DNA from: Pseudomonadota bacterium
GTDB taxonomy: Bacteria > Bdellovibrionota_C > UBA2361 > OMII01
Length of the DNA stretch: 64,000 nucleotides
NCBI GenBank assembly: GCA_038134595.1
Contig: JAYPVM010000002.1
Coordinates: 1 to 64,000, forward strand
Reading direction: 5' to 3'
The notes beneath the pieces are model-generated. The model made no database searches. It saw only the letters and a list, made by a program, of their open reading frames with translations, and was not told where the DNA came from. The translations under genes and the position numbers were made by a program. Below are positions 44,752-54,901 of this stretch, piece after piece. Position 1 is the first letter of the stretch. Each line of letters starts with the position of its first letter.

Positions 44752-45678
44752 TTACTCCCTTCTACGTACCCAAACAGTTCGTGATTGATACGGCTCGACG
44801 ATAATCATATTGCCGTCTACCCGCGCCACTTCTGGAAGCCCTCCTTTGGGAGTGCTCTCCGCCTCATCGCTACCCGAGCCTCGAGATATTATCAGACCGA
44901 TGCGCAGTTGGGTCGGTCGTAAATTGAGGCTAAATATTACGCGACCACCACCACTTTCGTCGTAGGCGCCTGCATGTGCGATTCCGCGTAGTGTCCCAAG
45001 AATCACAATATCTCCTCCGGCGATTACCTCGGCTCCCGAATTAACGTCACCGAATATTACAACAGAGTGCTCTGTTTCAACTTTTTGACCCGATCGTAAC
45101 GTTCCGTACATAATGCGGGTGTCAGGATCATCCCAGGAGTTTGCATTGGTAAATCCTTGCCGATTCTCCATTGTATCAATGCCGTCGAACAAGCTGACAC
45201 TGCGCTCGCTTGAGGGCTTTCTAAACGGCGTCGTCTTGCCGCCGCCGAATACGGAGAATGCCCCTCCACATTGATCGGCTTCTGTTGCGTTTTCAACGGG
45301 CTTTGTCGGAGGAGGATTCTTTTGTTTCGAAGGGCGAACGGACACCGAGAATTCGTCCGCTAAAACCGCAACGAGCTCTGATGTCACGCTATCTTCGGGC
45401 TTGGAGCCTATCCATTCAAAGGCGACATCGTTACCTGAGAGAAACGATCTGCGCGAATCGAGGAAACCTCGGACGGCGTGTATTAGATCGGTCCGCTCAA
45501 CGCGACCGTCTACTCTGAGAACAAGACCATCGGAGGTGCCTCTGGCGCTAACGATGTTAGACCTAAGTTCAGCACGATGTTCGACTGGCTGTTCCTCTCG
45601 CGGATCTAGTGTGGTGTGGGATATGTCCCCTGAAAGCTCAGTTTGATTTGATTGATCTTCGTTTGAACTGCCTGTCAT
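44752..45678 (-). CDS. minC: Septum site-determining protein MinC
   Basis: TLRSGQ, GDVNSGAEVIAGGDIVILGTLRGIAHAG, PTQLRIG, PEVA. Confidence 0.93.
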   Translation of the reverse strand: MTGSSNEDQSNQTELSGDISHTTLDPREEQPVEHRAELRSNIVSARGTSDGLVLRVDGRVERTDLIHAVRGFLDSRRSFLSGNDVAFEWIGSKPEDSVTSELVAVLADEFSVSVRPSKQKNPPPTKPVENATEADQCGGAFSVFGGGKTTPFRKPSSERSVSLFDGIDTMENRQGFTNANSWDDPDTRIMYGTLRSGQKVETEHSVVIFGDVNSGAEVIAGGDIVILGTLRGIAHAGAYDESGGGRVIFSLNLRPTQLRIGLIISRGSGSDEAESTPKGGLPEVARVDGNMIIVEPYQSRTVWVRRRE

Positions 45679-46563
45679 TGTGTTTTTCTTGTTAAATTAA
45701 TCCGTGCTTTTTATTGAAGTCTTAAAAAGTTGTAAATCATAAGCCCAGCCATTGTAGAATTACCCAGCAAGAAACTCCAGCATTAATGCACATAGTTTTC
45801 ATATTTATTGTGCCTGTCTAGTTGGTCTCGTAATTTGTCATCACAGAAAAACTACAAGTGCAAAATTCACAACCCCTGCGCCAGATGACGTTGCCGATAT
45901 GTTCTCTTTGAGTCTATCTCCCGTTTAATATGTTCTCGATGCGACACCACAACTTTCTTTGCGACTGAAGTGTCAATCTAATTTGTTGTGGTGCTCTAGT
46001 AGTTAGGCAATTTCTTGTTTGCACATCCTCCTGTGTCTGTCGGTCATGACCCTCACATTCCATCGATTGTCATCCGTTCTAACGTGTCCTGCCCTGACAT
46101 TCTCCGATTATTGGCCAACCTTCACGCCTCCCAAGCTTTACACAAGATGCCTTTTAGCCACTTTACGGTTGGACAATAAAGGTTCGCCCAGTTAGTTTAA
46201 GTAGCTTATAGCAAAACAGCAATCTGATCGTCAACAAACAAGTTTTGAAAATGACGTTCTCTGAGAAGAAAATTGTAGGTAATGAAAACTTCTGGTAGTG
46301 ATGGGCTAGCGGACGATAGCTTAACGGCTCTGATAGTACAGCGTGTTTTTTGGCTAGCGGTTTATGGTGAGAAGTTAGCACGATAGATATGCCGATAATA
46401 CGTTGTTGCTCAGAGAGAGAGGAAGGTAGAGTTAATTCGCATGTAAATCCTTAATGACTCCTATGAAAGGGGTTTTTCCCCGTTGGGGCTGGGGTATGGA
46501 CGGATTTTGAGCTGTGGCAAACGGGGCGAGAATATAAAAAGAAGAGAGGGGAGAGGAAGAGAG

Positions 46564-47049
46564 ATGATGATGACTTTAATGCGGGCCCTAAGTCGCTGGG
46601 TTTGCAGTGGTTTTGGTAGTGGATATGCGTCTGTTATTCCCGGGACATTTGGAACCGTTGCCGCATTACTATTCTGGATGATGCTTCATAGCTGGGGGGG
46701 GCTCGAGGAGGTCTCCATGCGTGTGTGGTTGGCTGTCGGCACCTGTTTTATCGGAACGCTTCTTGTATTCCTGGCTCTTGAGCCGCGAGAGACACAGAAA
46801 GACCCACAGTGGATAGTGATTGATGAGTGGGCTGGTTTGTTTATCACTATGGTTGCAATTGAAAGTGTTACGTGGTGGTCGTTAATTGTAGCTTTTGGTT
46901 TGTTTCGATTTTTTGATGGGCTGAAGTGGGGACCGGTTGCTCTGGCCGAGCGTTTGCCGGGGGGTGTTGGTATTATGGCAGATGATATCGTCGCTGGCCT
47001 TGAGAGTGTGATTGTTCTGTGGTTGTTATATTTTGTTGGTTTGCTGTAG
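46564..47049 (+). CDS. pgpA: Phosphatidylglycerophosphatase A
   Basis: GFGSG..PGTFGT, DPQWIVIDEWAG, FRFFD, GGVGIMADDIVAG. Confidence 0.92.
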   Translation: MMMTLMRALSRWVCSGFGSGYASVIPGTFGTVAALLFWMMLHSWGGLEEVSMRVWLAVGTCFIGTLLVFLALEPRETQKDPQWIVIDEWAGLFITMVAIESVTWWSLIVAFGLFRFFDGLKWGPVALAERLPGGVGIMADDIVAGLESVIVLWLLYFVGLL

Positions 47050-47086
47050 GCACGGCGTAAGAGCCAACGAGATAGAAAGGACAGGT

Positions 47087-48172
47087 GTGCGATTATCTAG
47101 CTTATATATACTTTTAATTCTAACGGTATCGGTTTTTCTCGTTGGTTGCTCGCCCACCTACGTGATTCGAGCCGCGTATGAGCAAGGTAAAATTTTATTG
47201 GCACGTGATTCGATTCAGGACATTGTTCGCGAAGAGAAGGTAGATCCCAAGTTGAAAGAAAAGCTGCAACTTGCTTTGGATGCACGGGAGTTTGCAACAT
47301 CTATGGGGTTGCAGGTTGGCGGAGCCTTCCTAGATTACGTCGACGTTGAAAAAGACGTTCTTACGTGGGTCGTGGTTGGTGCCCGAAAAGATTCATTCGA
47401 GCTCTACACGTACTGGTTCCCAATTGTAGGCCGAGTTCCCTATAAAGGCTTTTTTGAACGAGACGACGCACAGGCTGAGAAGTCTTATCTAGAGGATAGG
47501 GGATATGAGACATTTATAAGGGGCGCTGAGACTTTTAGTACTTTAGGGTGGTTTGATGATCCCCTGTTTTCAACCACTATTAAAAGGACGCCAATTCATA
47601 TTGTAAACACAATTATCCATGAAAGCGTACATAGCACTCTTTGGATAAAGGGGAGTGTTTCTTTCAATGAGAGTCTTGCAAACTTTGTGGCGACTGAAGC
47701 GACGGTAGGATTCTTTCAAAAATACTCCGGGAGTATTTTGTCATCGGAGTTAGGGCAACGGTTAGAGGAGCAAGCGAAGCGTTCGGCGGTTTATCAGTAT
47801 GAGTTTGCCTCTATGATAGGCGAGCTCTACACCAAGCTGTCAGATCTGTATGCCCTGAGAGAGCTCACGCTTGAGCAAAAGCTAGCCCAACGCAACGCGG
47901 TTTTTAGTGCGATTGTGCCGCGATTTAGGGAACAGTATCCTTTTATGACAGCGCTTGCCGAGATAAATAACGCCGAGATAGTTCAATATGCTCTCTATGT
48001 GAAAGATCTTGAACTCTTTAGGAAATTATACGATCGTTGTGGTCGCTCTTGGGAGAATTTCTTTGATACAATCAACAAATTATCTGTTTCTTTAGATGAT
48101 GGCGAGACGAAAGATCCATTCCACTTGTTACGCCAAGTGGTGGAATCATCACAGTGTGATGTAAATACTTAA
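47087..48172 (+). CDS. Putative Zn aminopeptidase lipoprotein
   Basis: LVGC lipobox, WFPIVGRVPYKGFF, STLGWFDDP, HEXXH (IHESVH), FNESLA; likely GTG start at 47087. Confidence 0.85.
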   Translation: MRLSSLYILLILTVSVFLVGCSPTYVIRAAYEQGKILLARDSIQDIVREEKVDPKLKEKLQLALDAREFATSMGLQVGGAFLDYVDVEKDVLTWVVVGARKDSFELYTYWFPIVGRVPYKGFFERDDAQAEKSYLEDRGYETFIRGAETFSTLGWFDDPLFSTTIKRTPIHIVNTIIHESVHSTLWIKGSVSFNESLANFVATEATVGFFQKYSGSILSSELGQRLEEQAKRSAVYQYEFASMIGELYTKLSDLYALRELTLEQKLAQRNAVFSAIVPRFREQYPFMTALAEINNAEIVQYALYVKDLELFRKLYDRCGRSWENFFDTINKLSVSLDDGETKDPFHLLRQVVESSQCDVNT

Positions 48173-48191
48173 TAGAGGGAGTGTAAGAGAG

Positions 48192-49118
48192 ATGATTTTT
48201 GCCGACCGGTTACAGGAGAAGATAATAAAAAACAGAAGTTTTCTCGTGGCGGGTTGCGATCCTGTCATTGATGCAATGCCTGAATGGCTTCATCAGCAGG
48301 TAGCCCACAACTCGTTAAGTGATAAAGAGTATGTATCGAATGCGCTTGAATTGTTTGTTGATTGTTTCCTTTCGGCTGTAGACAACTCCGTCGCCGCGAT
48401 TAAGCCCAACAGCGCGTTTTTTGAGCAGTATGGCCTCGAGGGTATGCGGGTTTTTGAATCGTTGTGTCGTCGGGCTCATGAGAAGGGGATTCAAGTCATA
48501 GCAGATGCCAAGAGGGGAGATATAGGCTCTACGGCAACTGCTTACAGTAACGCATTTCTTGGAGGATCGTCAGTGCGGGGGAAAAGTGTAGAGGCATTTT
48601 ATTGCGATGCTCTGACTGTGAACCCGTTTTTAGGGTTCGATACCCTTCTGCCCTTTGTTACAGCGTGTCAAGAGCACGGAAAGGGGCTTTTTATCTTGGT
48701 TCAAACATCTAATCCGGGGGCCAAAACGATTCAGGGGCTTGTTGAGGAAGACCTCTCGGTAAGCGAACGTGTTGCTGGTTGGATTAGAGAGCAGGGGGAT
48801 ACGCTGCGGGGTGATTGTGGATGGTCTGGATTAGGAGCTGTTGTGGGTGCACTGTATCCGACCGAGGCTCGACGACTACGAGAGTTGATGCCAGAGACTT
48901 TCTTTCTAATACCTGGGCTTGGAGCGCAAGGAGGAAAGGCTGCTGACTCTGTTGCTGGATTTGGTACTCAAGATGGTAGGTGTGGGGGGGGACTCATTAA
49001 TGCATCACGAGGATTGTTGCAGGGTGAGAGCTCGTCCCCAGAGAGCTATTGCGCGCTGATTGCGTCGAATGTGAAGCAATTTAATGGCCAGATAGAGGAT
49101 GCTCTTTGCCTTGCATAA
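48192..49118 (+). CDS. pyrF: Orotidine-5'-phosphate decarboxylase (type 2)
   Basis: GCDP, KPNSAFFE, DAKRGDIGST, TSNPG, GAVVGA, PGLGAQGG, NASR. Confidence 0.95.
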   Translation: MIFADRLQEKIIKNRSFLVAGCDPVIDAMPEWLHQQVAHNSLSDKEYVSNALELFVDCFLSAVDNSVAAIKPNSAFFEQYGLEGMRVFESLCRRAHEKGIQVIADAKRGDIGSTATAYSNAFLGGSSVRGKSVEAFYCDALTVNPFLGFDTLLPFVTACQEHGKGLFILVQTSNPGAKTIQGLVEEDLSVSERVAGWIREQGDTLRGDCGWSGLGAVVGALYPTEARRLRELMPETFFLIPGLGAQGGKAADSVAGFGTQDGRCGGGLINASRGLLQGESSSPESYCALIASNVKQFNGQIEDALCLA

Positions 49119-49185
49119 TTGCTATTCTGTCGGTTGCCTGGCTTGGGAGAGCGAGGTGTCCCATCTTGTTTGACAAGATGGCAGT

Positions 49186-49230
49186 GGTCTAGCACAGTAG
49201 GGGGTCTAGCACAGTAGGGTTTAGCACAGT
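49186..49230. repeat. Three imperfect tandem copies of GGTCTAGCACAGT(AGGG)
   Basis: ggtctagcacagtaggg ggtctagcacagtag ggtttagcacagt; preceded by hairpin CCATCTTGT-ttg-ACAAGATGG (49161-49181). Confidence 0.8.
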
Positions 49231-49405
49231 GAAACCTCAGCGTTTCCTGAGGAATCCTTGTTGACCGTATCGCACTGACCGCAGAACTAACTCGGGACGT
49301 TTTTATTTCGTCTGAGGTGTTGGGGCTCATGTTGGATGACCTCTCGTATTGAAACTATTTTTGCCAATATCGAGCCGCACTGAAAAACTTTTAAAGAAGA
49401 CTGAA

Positions 49406-51460
49406 ATGAAAGCGAACAAAGAAAGCACACCGTCGACTAGTCCGCCGATAGACCCAAAAAATCGTGTTGTTCAGTATGACCACGATGGCGCTGTCTTGCT
49501 CGGAGTAGTTACGGGAGTTCGTAAAGATAAGTGTAAGCTTATAAATATTAGAGGAAGAGAGACTGAGCTTGCTCAGCAGAGATTGCATTTTCTCCCAGGA
49601 GCACTTGCGGTCGATGATGACACCTTAAAAACTAAAGTGGCAGGGCTAGAAGAGCTTAACATCTTGATAGAAAACCGTGCAAAATCGATCGATGTTGAGG
49701 AACTATGGATATTTGTCCGAGATGATTTGCGAGAATACTGTGTTGGCGATCTGTGTGAGTTGTATTTTGGTGCGGATGGATTGGTTGATCATGCAGCGCT
49801 TCGGATAGCATTTATCGCTGATCGAGTGCATTTTAAGCGCTCTAAAAGTGGTTTTGAGCCGCGCTCTGAAACTACTGTGGCCGAACTAAAGCAGGCTGAA
49901 GAGGCTAAGGCGGTCCGTGCAGAGCAGCAAAGGGAAGTGATTTCGTTTATGGAAGCTCGCCTTCGAGATTCTAGTCTCGAACCTCCTGTATCGGTTTGTA
50001 GTCTTATCGGTGTGCTAAAAGAGATTGCCGCTGAGTCATTACATATAGAGCCTGCTCAGCTACGGGAAGCAAAAGAGTTTTTGAAAAACCTAGCAGAGCG
50101 CCTGAAATTAGGAGATATATCTGCTCCCGAAAAGTGTGCGTATGAAGTCTTAAGGAGCACTCAACTGATTGGTGAGCATTTTAATCTCTCATTTGTAAGG
50201 CATCACATCAATGAAAGGTTTCCCGATGAGATTAATGTTTTAGCACGGGAGATAACCCTTCAGCCTGACGAGGGGGCGTTTCGAATTGACTATACAGCAG
50301 CGGAGGTTTTTACCATCGATGACTCCTCTACTCGTGATATGGATGACGCATTGTCGCTAGAACGCATCGATGATGGTTTTGAATTGGGGATTCATATAAC
50401 GGATGTTTCAGCTGCGTTTGATTTTGGCAGCGAGCTTGATAATGCAGCTCGGCATAGGGCGACATCAATATACTGCGCAGATCGCGTTGTGAATATGCTA
50501 CCTGACATCTTATCTGAAGACAGATTGAGTCTTATAGCTGGGGAGACCCGTCCGTGCCTGTCGGTTTTTATCACGTTATCCGAGGACTTGCAGTTGTTAT
50601 CGAGTCGAGTCCAAGCGACGCGCGTGAAAGTAACCACTCGCTATAGCTATGACCAGGTAGATGATTTGCTGGAGCATGGCGATAAGACATTCCTAAGGCT
50701 TTATGAGGTGGCGTCGATTCATGAAGCAAGACGACTTGCTCGGGGGGCGGTGAAGGTTCACAAGCGAGAGGTTGTTCCTCACTATAAAGACTCCAGAGTT
50801 ACGTTGCAGGAGGTAAACGAAGAAAGTCCAGCCCGAAGTCTCGTTGCGGAAATGATGGTTTTGGCCAATAGTGTATTCGCACAGTATGCAATCGATAACC
50901 AGATACCAGTATGGTTTAGGGGGCAAGAGCCGCCCGCCGCTGTGTCCTCAAGCGTCGCTAGTCTTCCTGAGGGTCCCGCAAAGGATTTTCAAGCGAGAAC
51001 CTCCCTTAAGAAGTCCAGTGTATCTTTAGAGCCGCGACCACATGCAGGATTAGGACTACCTTGTTACATTCAATGTACCTCGCCAATTCGTCGTTACATG
51101 GATCTGTGCCATCAGCGCCAGTTCGTTTCATTTCTTCGAGATGGCAAGGCAGCCATGGACAGCGAGACCTTTTTGAAATTAGCTAATGAGGTTGAAGGTC
51201 CTCTTAGAGCGGCCTCTCTGGCAAGTCGAGAGACAAAGCGGTATTGGTTGTTGACCTATTTGGCTCAGCGTGATCGCGAACTGCCGATTCGAGCAACAGT
51301 TGTAAGAACAGATCTAAAATCTCCGCTGGTTGAGTTAGATGAGGTTTTTATCACGGTTCTGGTGAAACTCGGAAAAGGTTATCAGCCAGGAATGGAGGCG
51401 GAGTTAAGGATATGCAGCGTTGATCCTCGAGCTGACTATATCAGATTGCAAGAAATGTAA
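49406..51460 (+). CDS. RNB-domain exoribonuclease (RNase II/R family)
   Basis: TIDDSSTRDMDDALS, IHITDV, VAEMMVLAN, HAGLG..Y...TSPIRRYMDL. Confidence 0.92.
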   Translation: MKANKESTPSTSPPIDPKNRVVQYDHDGAVLLGVVTGVRKDKCKLINIRGRETELAQQRLHFLPGALAVDDDTLKTKVAGLEELNILIENRAKSIDVEELWIFVRDDLREYCVGDLCELYFGADGLVDHAALRIAFIADRVHFKRSKSGFEPRSETTVAELKQAEEAKAVRAEQQREVISFMEARLRDSSLEPPVSVCSLIGVLKEIAAESLHIEPAQLREAKEFLKNLAERLKLGDISAPEKCAYEVLRSTQLIGEHFNLSFVRHHINERFPDEINVLAREITLQPDEGAFRIDYTAAEVFTIDDSSTRDMDDALSLERIDDGFELGIHITDVSAAFDFGSELDNAARHRATSIYCADRVVNMLPDILSEDRLSLIAGETRPCLSVFITLSEDLQLLSSRVQATRVKVTTRYSYDQVDDLLEHGDKTFLRLYEVASIHEARRLARGAVKVHKREVVPHYKDSRVTLQEVNEESPARSLVAEMMVLANSVFAQYAIDNQIPVWFRGQEPPAAVSSSVASLPEGPAKDFQARTSLKKSSVSLEPRPHAGLGLPCYIQCTSPIRRYMDLCHQRQFVSFLRDGKAAMDSETFLKLANEVEGPLRAASLASRETKRYWLLTYLAQRDRELPIRATVVRTDLKSPLVELDEVFITVLVKLGKGYQPGMEAELRICSVDPRADYIRLQEM

Positions 51461-51494
51461 CGGTAGCGGCTTGGTGTAGCACGCTGATATAGCG

Positions 51495-52031
51495 CTATAA
51501 TGCGTTAACAATGTCTTTAAGTGCGAGAATCTGAGCGGCGGAGTAGCCACTGTTAGAGGACCAAACAATTATTCCTGAGCGGTCGAGCAAAACAGCGTAG
51601 GCATTACGGGGGCGTTCGTTTCCTAAAACGCTAATAATTTTTTCAGCGTCTTCGTAAACAGTGACAACCGATCCCCAGTCGGAGCTAGGAATGCCGCTGC
51701 GCATGCCATTGTTGATATAACTTTGAATAACGCGAGGCATCATTCCGACGATAGTTGGTACTTCAACGATCTGCGTTTTGATACCAGCTTGGAGTGCTCC
51801 CAAAATCCAACGATCGATATCAAACTGCGCATTTTGTTTGTACCCGATAAGTAATAGCGTTGGCTTGCCCTGATATTGATCGGGAATCGTAACTACTTCG
51901 TCTTTAAGGTTAGTGCCATGCACGTGGGGAAATGGAGTATTCTCCAAGTCAGTGGGACCCACAACGGTTCTGGAGCAGGCTATCAAGGACAGGAGAGCTA
52001 GGGTAATGAGGCCGAGCCGGTAGTGTTTCAT
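51495..52031 (-). CDS. Hypothetical thioredoxin-fold-like lipoprotein
   Basis: LIAC lipobox, FP.V.GTNL, AYAVLLDRSG; no CxxC. Confidence 0.7.
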   Translation of the reverse strand: MKHYRLGLITLALLSLIACSRTVVGPTDLENTPFPHVHGTNLKDEVVTIPDQYQGKPTLLLIGYKQNAQFDIDRWILGALQAGIKTQIVEVPTIVGMMPRVIQSYINNGMRSGIPSSDWGSVVTVYEDAEKIISVLGNERPRNAYAVLLDRSGIIVWSSNSGYSAAQILALKDIVNAL

Positions 52032-52117
52032 AGTGATTGAAGTATGAAACAATATCATCATGAATGGCAAGGGGCAGAGCTATATACCAGTTTTAGTCTC
52101 TGATCTCTGCGATGTTC

Positions 52118-52148
52118 TTGCTCGGGCCACTGTTAGTGCCCCGAGCAA
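52118..52148. terminator. Hairpin, possible terminator
   Basis: TTGCTCGGG...CCCGAGCAA inverted repeat between two minus-strand genes; no clear U-tract. Confidence 0.4.
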
Positions 52149-52214
52149 CAGGTATGGTTATCAGATATAGGTTGTCGGTAGAACTACGATCTTATTCGAC
52201 CGCTGACCTGACCC

Positions 52215-52406
52215 TTAATGAATAGTGTGTTCAGGGATCTTTGCCATATCTTGCCCCCCAACCTCAGCTTCTAAGTCACTGCAAAGCCTCGTTAGCATTT
52301 GAAATGCACGGGCTAGTGAATCCATTTCGTCGCACGTGATTTCAATGATTTCTGTGCACATTTGCTCGTCACTTAAGTCGTCGATGTTGCTTGGCCGTTT
52401 TCTCAT
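52215..52406 (-). CDS. Small acidic hypothetical protein (63 aa)
   Basis: Strong SD GAGGAGAG before ATG at 52406; helical, ends in TIH. Confidence 0.6.
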   Translation of the reverse strand: MRKRPSNIDDLSDEQMCTEIIEITCDEMDSLARAFQMLTRLCSDLEAEVGGQDMAKIPEHTIH

Positions 52407-52816
52407 GAACTCTCCTCGCATGTTGCTTCTCTATCCCTGTTCAAGAAGAAACTATGCATTATGTGTTCCAAGGTATCGGATGAAGGGGATGGAAAGCTTT
52501 AGCAATGGGTGCTTAAAGATTTTATGGAGAGATAAAAAATGAGATTGATTAGGTTGAGGATCCTAGGATCTTGTAAGAAGAGAGATAGATGGCTGAATAG
52601 ACCTGTGAATTTCTCATAAGAGTTGACTGTGGTTAGTCCTTTGGGCATACAAGAAGTATCGTGGTTCTTATACGAATTTCTCGGAGCGCTTAAAAAAGCG
52701 GCACATTTTTTCAAAAAAAATAAAGGATGCCGTTGGCTACGAGCGCAGACTGGTGTCGCTGTGTGTCATAGACCTGCCAGCTGTTAAAAATTTGACGAAA
52801 CCTTGGCGGGCAACTC

Positions 52817-53371
52817 TCAGTCGATTTGAGTGGCTTTGATAGCAAGGACTAAACCTTCGTTGCGGCCACAGTTGGTGCCCGTAATCACTGAATCCAAGGA
52901 GTTGAAGTGTAACCTCGTATTGAGAAGCTCTCGGCCGGTGTCGTCTTTCCAATTTAGCCATAGGCCAACTTTCTCACCCTTAACATACATGGGTCGGAAA
53001 AACAGCATCTGTCCGTTGGGAAGTTTTACGCTGTTTTTCTCCTTGATTAGGATGATTTCATCGCGAGCTGAGACGAGGTGAAAATGCGAAAACGGGAGTT
53101 GTAAGAGTTTGTCTTGGATATCTTCTAGGTCTCTATCAACAGACACAGTTATCTTTGTGGCTTCGCCTCGTTTCGACTGGACTGTGTATTGAATTGATTC
53201 ATCGGCGGGATCGGGTGTGTTGTTTGCCTCAATTGTCCGAACCGAAAATCGAATGTGTGTTTTGTTAGTGACAGATGACTGAGAAAAGGCGTTGTCGGCT
53301 TTTGTTATTAGCAGTGTAGCCACGAGAAGAAACGCATAGCAAATTGATGATGGTTTCGTCATTGGATTCAT
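52817..53371 (-). CDS. Exported hypothetical protein, third gene of the ECF operon
   Basis: Signal peptide; 6 bp downstream of the anti-sigma gene. Confidence 0.7.
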   Translation of the reverse strand: MNPMTKPSSICYAFLLVATLLITKADNAFSQSSVTNKTHIRFSVRTIEANNTPDPADESIQYTVQSKRGEATKITVSVDRDLEDIQDKLLQLPFSHFHLVSARDEIILIKEKNSVKLPNGQMLFFRPMYVKGEKVGLWLNWKDDTGRELLNTRLHFNSLDSVITGTNCGRNEGLVLAIKATQID

Positions 53372-53377
53372 TGCCTC

Positions 53378-54130
53378 TTACTTGTCGATGATGGTGGGGA
53401 GAGTTGCGCGGGGTTGGTTTCCAAGGGTTGGTCGAGCGTTGTCTACAAGAGGAGTGGGTGTGAAGTCTTTGTGTAAAGGGTTGAATTTTTGCGCAGAGGA
53501 CGTATCTCGTGTGATCCATATAATCGTAGAGGAGCCCGAAGGATCGGGAATAAGATGTAGAGCATCCTCAGATCGCATCCAATCGACCCTAAACGATTCT
53601 GGAATCTGACGCCCGATTCGAGGGATTTCAAAAGTAGGCGAGTGCGCATTCGATCGTGCTGAGATTGGCTGAACGACTGATGCGCGTCCGAGGCTTGGCC
53701 GTTGCGGGATAGATGAGGACTCAGGTGGAGGGGAGTTGAAGGTTATGAGCGCGATGGTTGCAACAGCGGCTCCCGCTGTGCCACCTACCCATGTGGTATA
53801 ATTACTTATGAGAGCGTCCCACAGATTCGGCCTTTCAACTGACCTCCGAGCTCCAAGGTATAGCTCTGTTCTGCTTTCTTCGGCTATTCTTTGCTCTATT
53901 CTGTCCCAGAGATCCACAGGTTTTGCTGTGAGAGGTTTGCCGCTGTTAATTGCATCCTGAATTGTTTCTAAGTTCTGAATAAACACCCTTGCGAGCGTTT
54001 TTTTTGCGAGGAGCCTCTTAGCGCGCCACGAAGAAATAATTCCACATTCGCCATCGAAGAATCGAGAGAGTATTACTTGTTCTGAATCTGAAAGTTTTTC
54101 TTCAATCGTCATCGTTTCATTATCCTTCAT
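53378..54130 (-). CDS. Putative transmembrane anti-sigma factor
   Basis: LSRFFDGE anti-sigma-like N-terminus, DLWDRIEQRI, one TM; directly follows an ECF sigma gene. Confidence 0.75.
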   Translation of the reverse strand: MKDNETMTIEEKLSDSEQVILSRFFDGECGIISSWRAKRLLAKKTLARVFIQNLETIQDAINSGKPLTAKPVDLWDRIEQRIAEESRTELYLGARRSVERPNLWDALISNYTTWVGGTAGAAVATIALITFNSPPPESSSIPQRPSLGRASVVQPISARSNAHSPTFEIPRIGRQIPESFRVDWMRSEDALHLIPDPSGSSTIIWITRDTSSAQKFNPLHKDFTPTPLVDNARPTLGNQPRATLPTIIDK

Positions 54131-54169
54131 AGTTGTAACCTGAAGCTATAAATTGCACCAGACCACTGT

Positions 54170-54847
54170 CTAGCCCACCTCTTCTCTGCCCTCAGGGGTA
54201 AAGTCAGAAAGTGCTTTTTGCAGTGCTTTGCGAGCATAAAAGAGCCGACTCATCACGGTGCCTCGCGGAACCCCTAATCTCTGCGCGATTTCGTCATAAT
54301 CTAAGCCATCAACCTCTCGTAATGTTATAACTGCTCGATGTTCCTCCGATAGCTGGGAGATCACCTTCTCGATTTTTGTTCCGGTTTCCTTTCGGGTAAG
54401 AGCCTCAAACGGATCCTCCATTCGCCCACTACCAATCCCAGGACCTTCGGGCACTAGACCCATCGTAGGGGGGGGCGAAGAACGTTCTTCGCCGATACGG
54501 GGTGAGACGTCTCTTTGTTCCTTATATTCAAAGTGATAGCCACCACGACGCTTTAGCTTGCGCTTTAAATCCAGAGCCATGTTGAACGTAATTCTATACA
54601 ACCAGCTAAATATGGACGACTCGCCTTTGAATTTCGATAACGAAAAGAATGCCTTAACGAAGGTCTCTTGCACAACATCCTCAGCATCCTCTCGGTTTTT
54701 TACTATATCGTATGCAACTACAAAAAGGCGGTCTTGGTACCGTTCTACGAGCTGTTGATATGAGCGTCGATTGCCCGCTAGGGTCTCAGCAACCAATTCC
54801 TCATCTGTAGGTGAGTTCTGTTTGTTAAGAGGTATGCGCTTGCCCAT
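54170..54847 (-). CDS. ECF (RpoE-like) RNA polymerase sigma factor
   Basis: AEDVVQETFVKAF, SWLYRITFN, LREVDGLDYDEIA, GTVMSRLFYAR; likely start MGKRIP at 54847. Confidence 0.93.
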   Translation of the reverse strand: MGKRIPLNKQNSPTDEELVAETLAGNRRSYQQLVERYQDRLFVVAYDIVKNREDAEDVVQETFVKAFFSLSKFKGESSIFSWLYRITFNMALDLKRKLKRRGGYHFEYKEQRDVSPRIGEERSSPPPTMGLVPEGPGIGSGRMEDPFEALTRKETGTKIEKVISQLSEEHRAVITLREVDGLDYDEIAQRLGVPRGTVMSRLFYARKALQKALSDFTPEGREEVG

Positions 54848-54901
54848 AACGATATGAAAGCACACTGGGTAGCATGTCTCAACCATGATGGAGCTAAAAA
54901 G

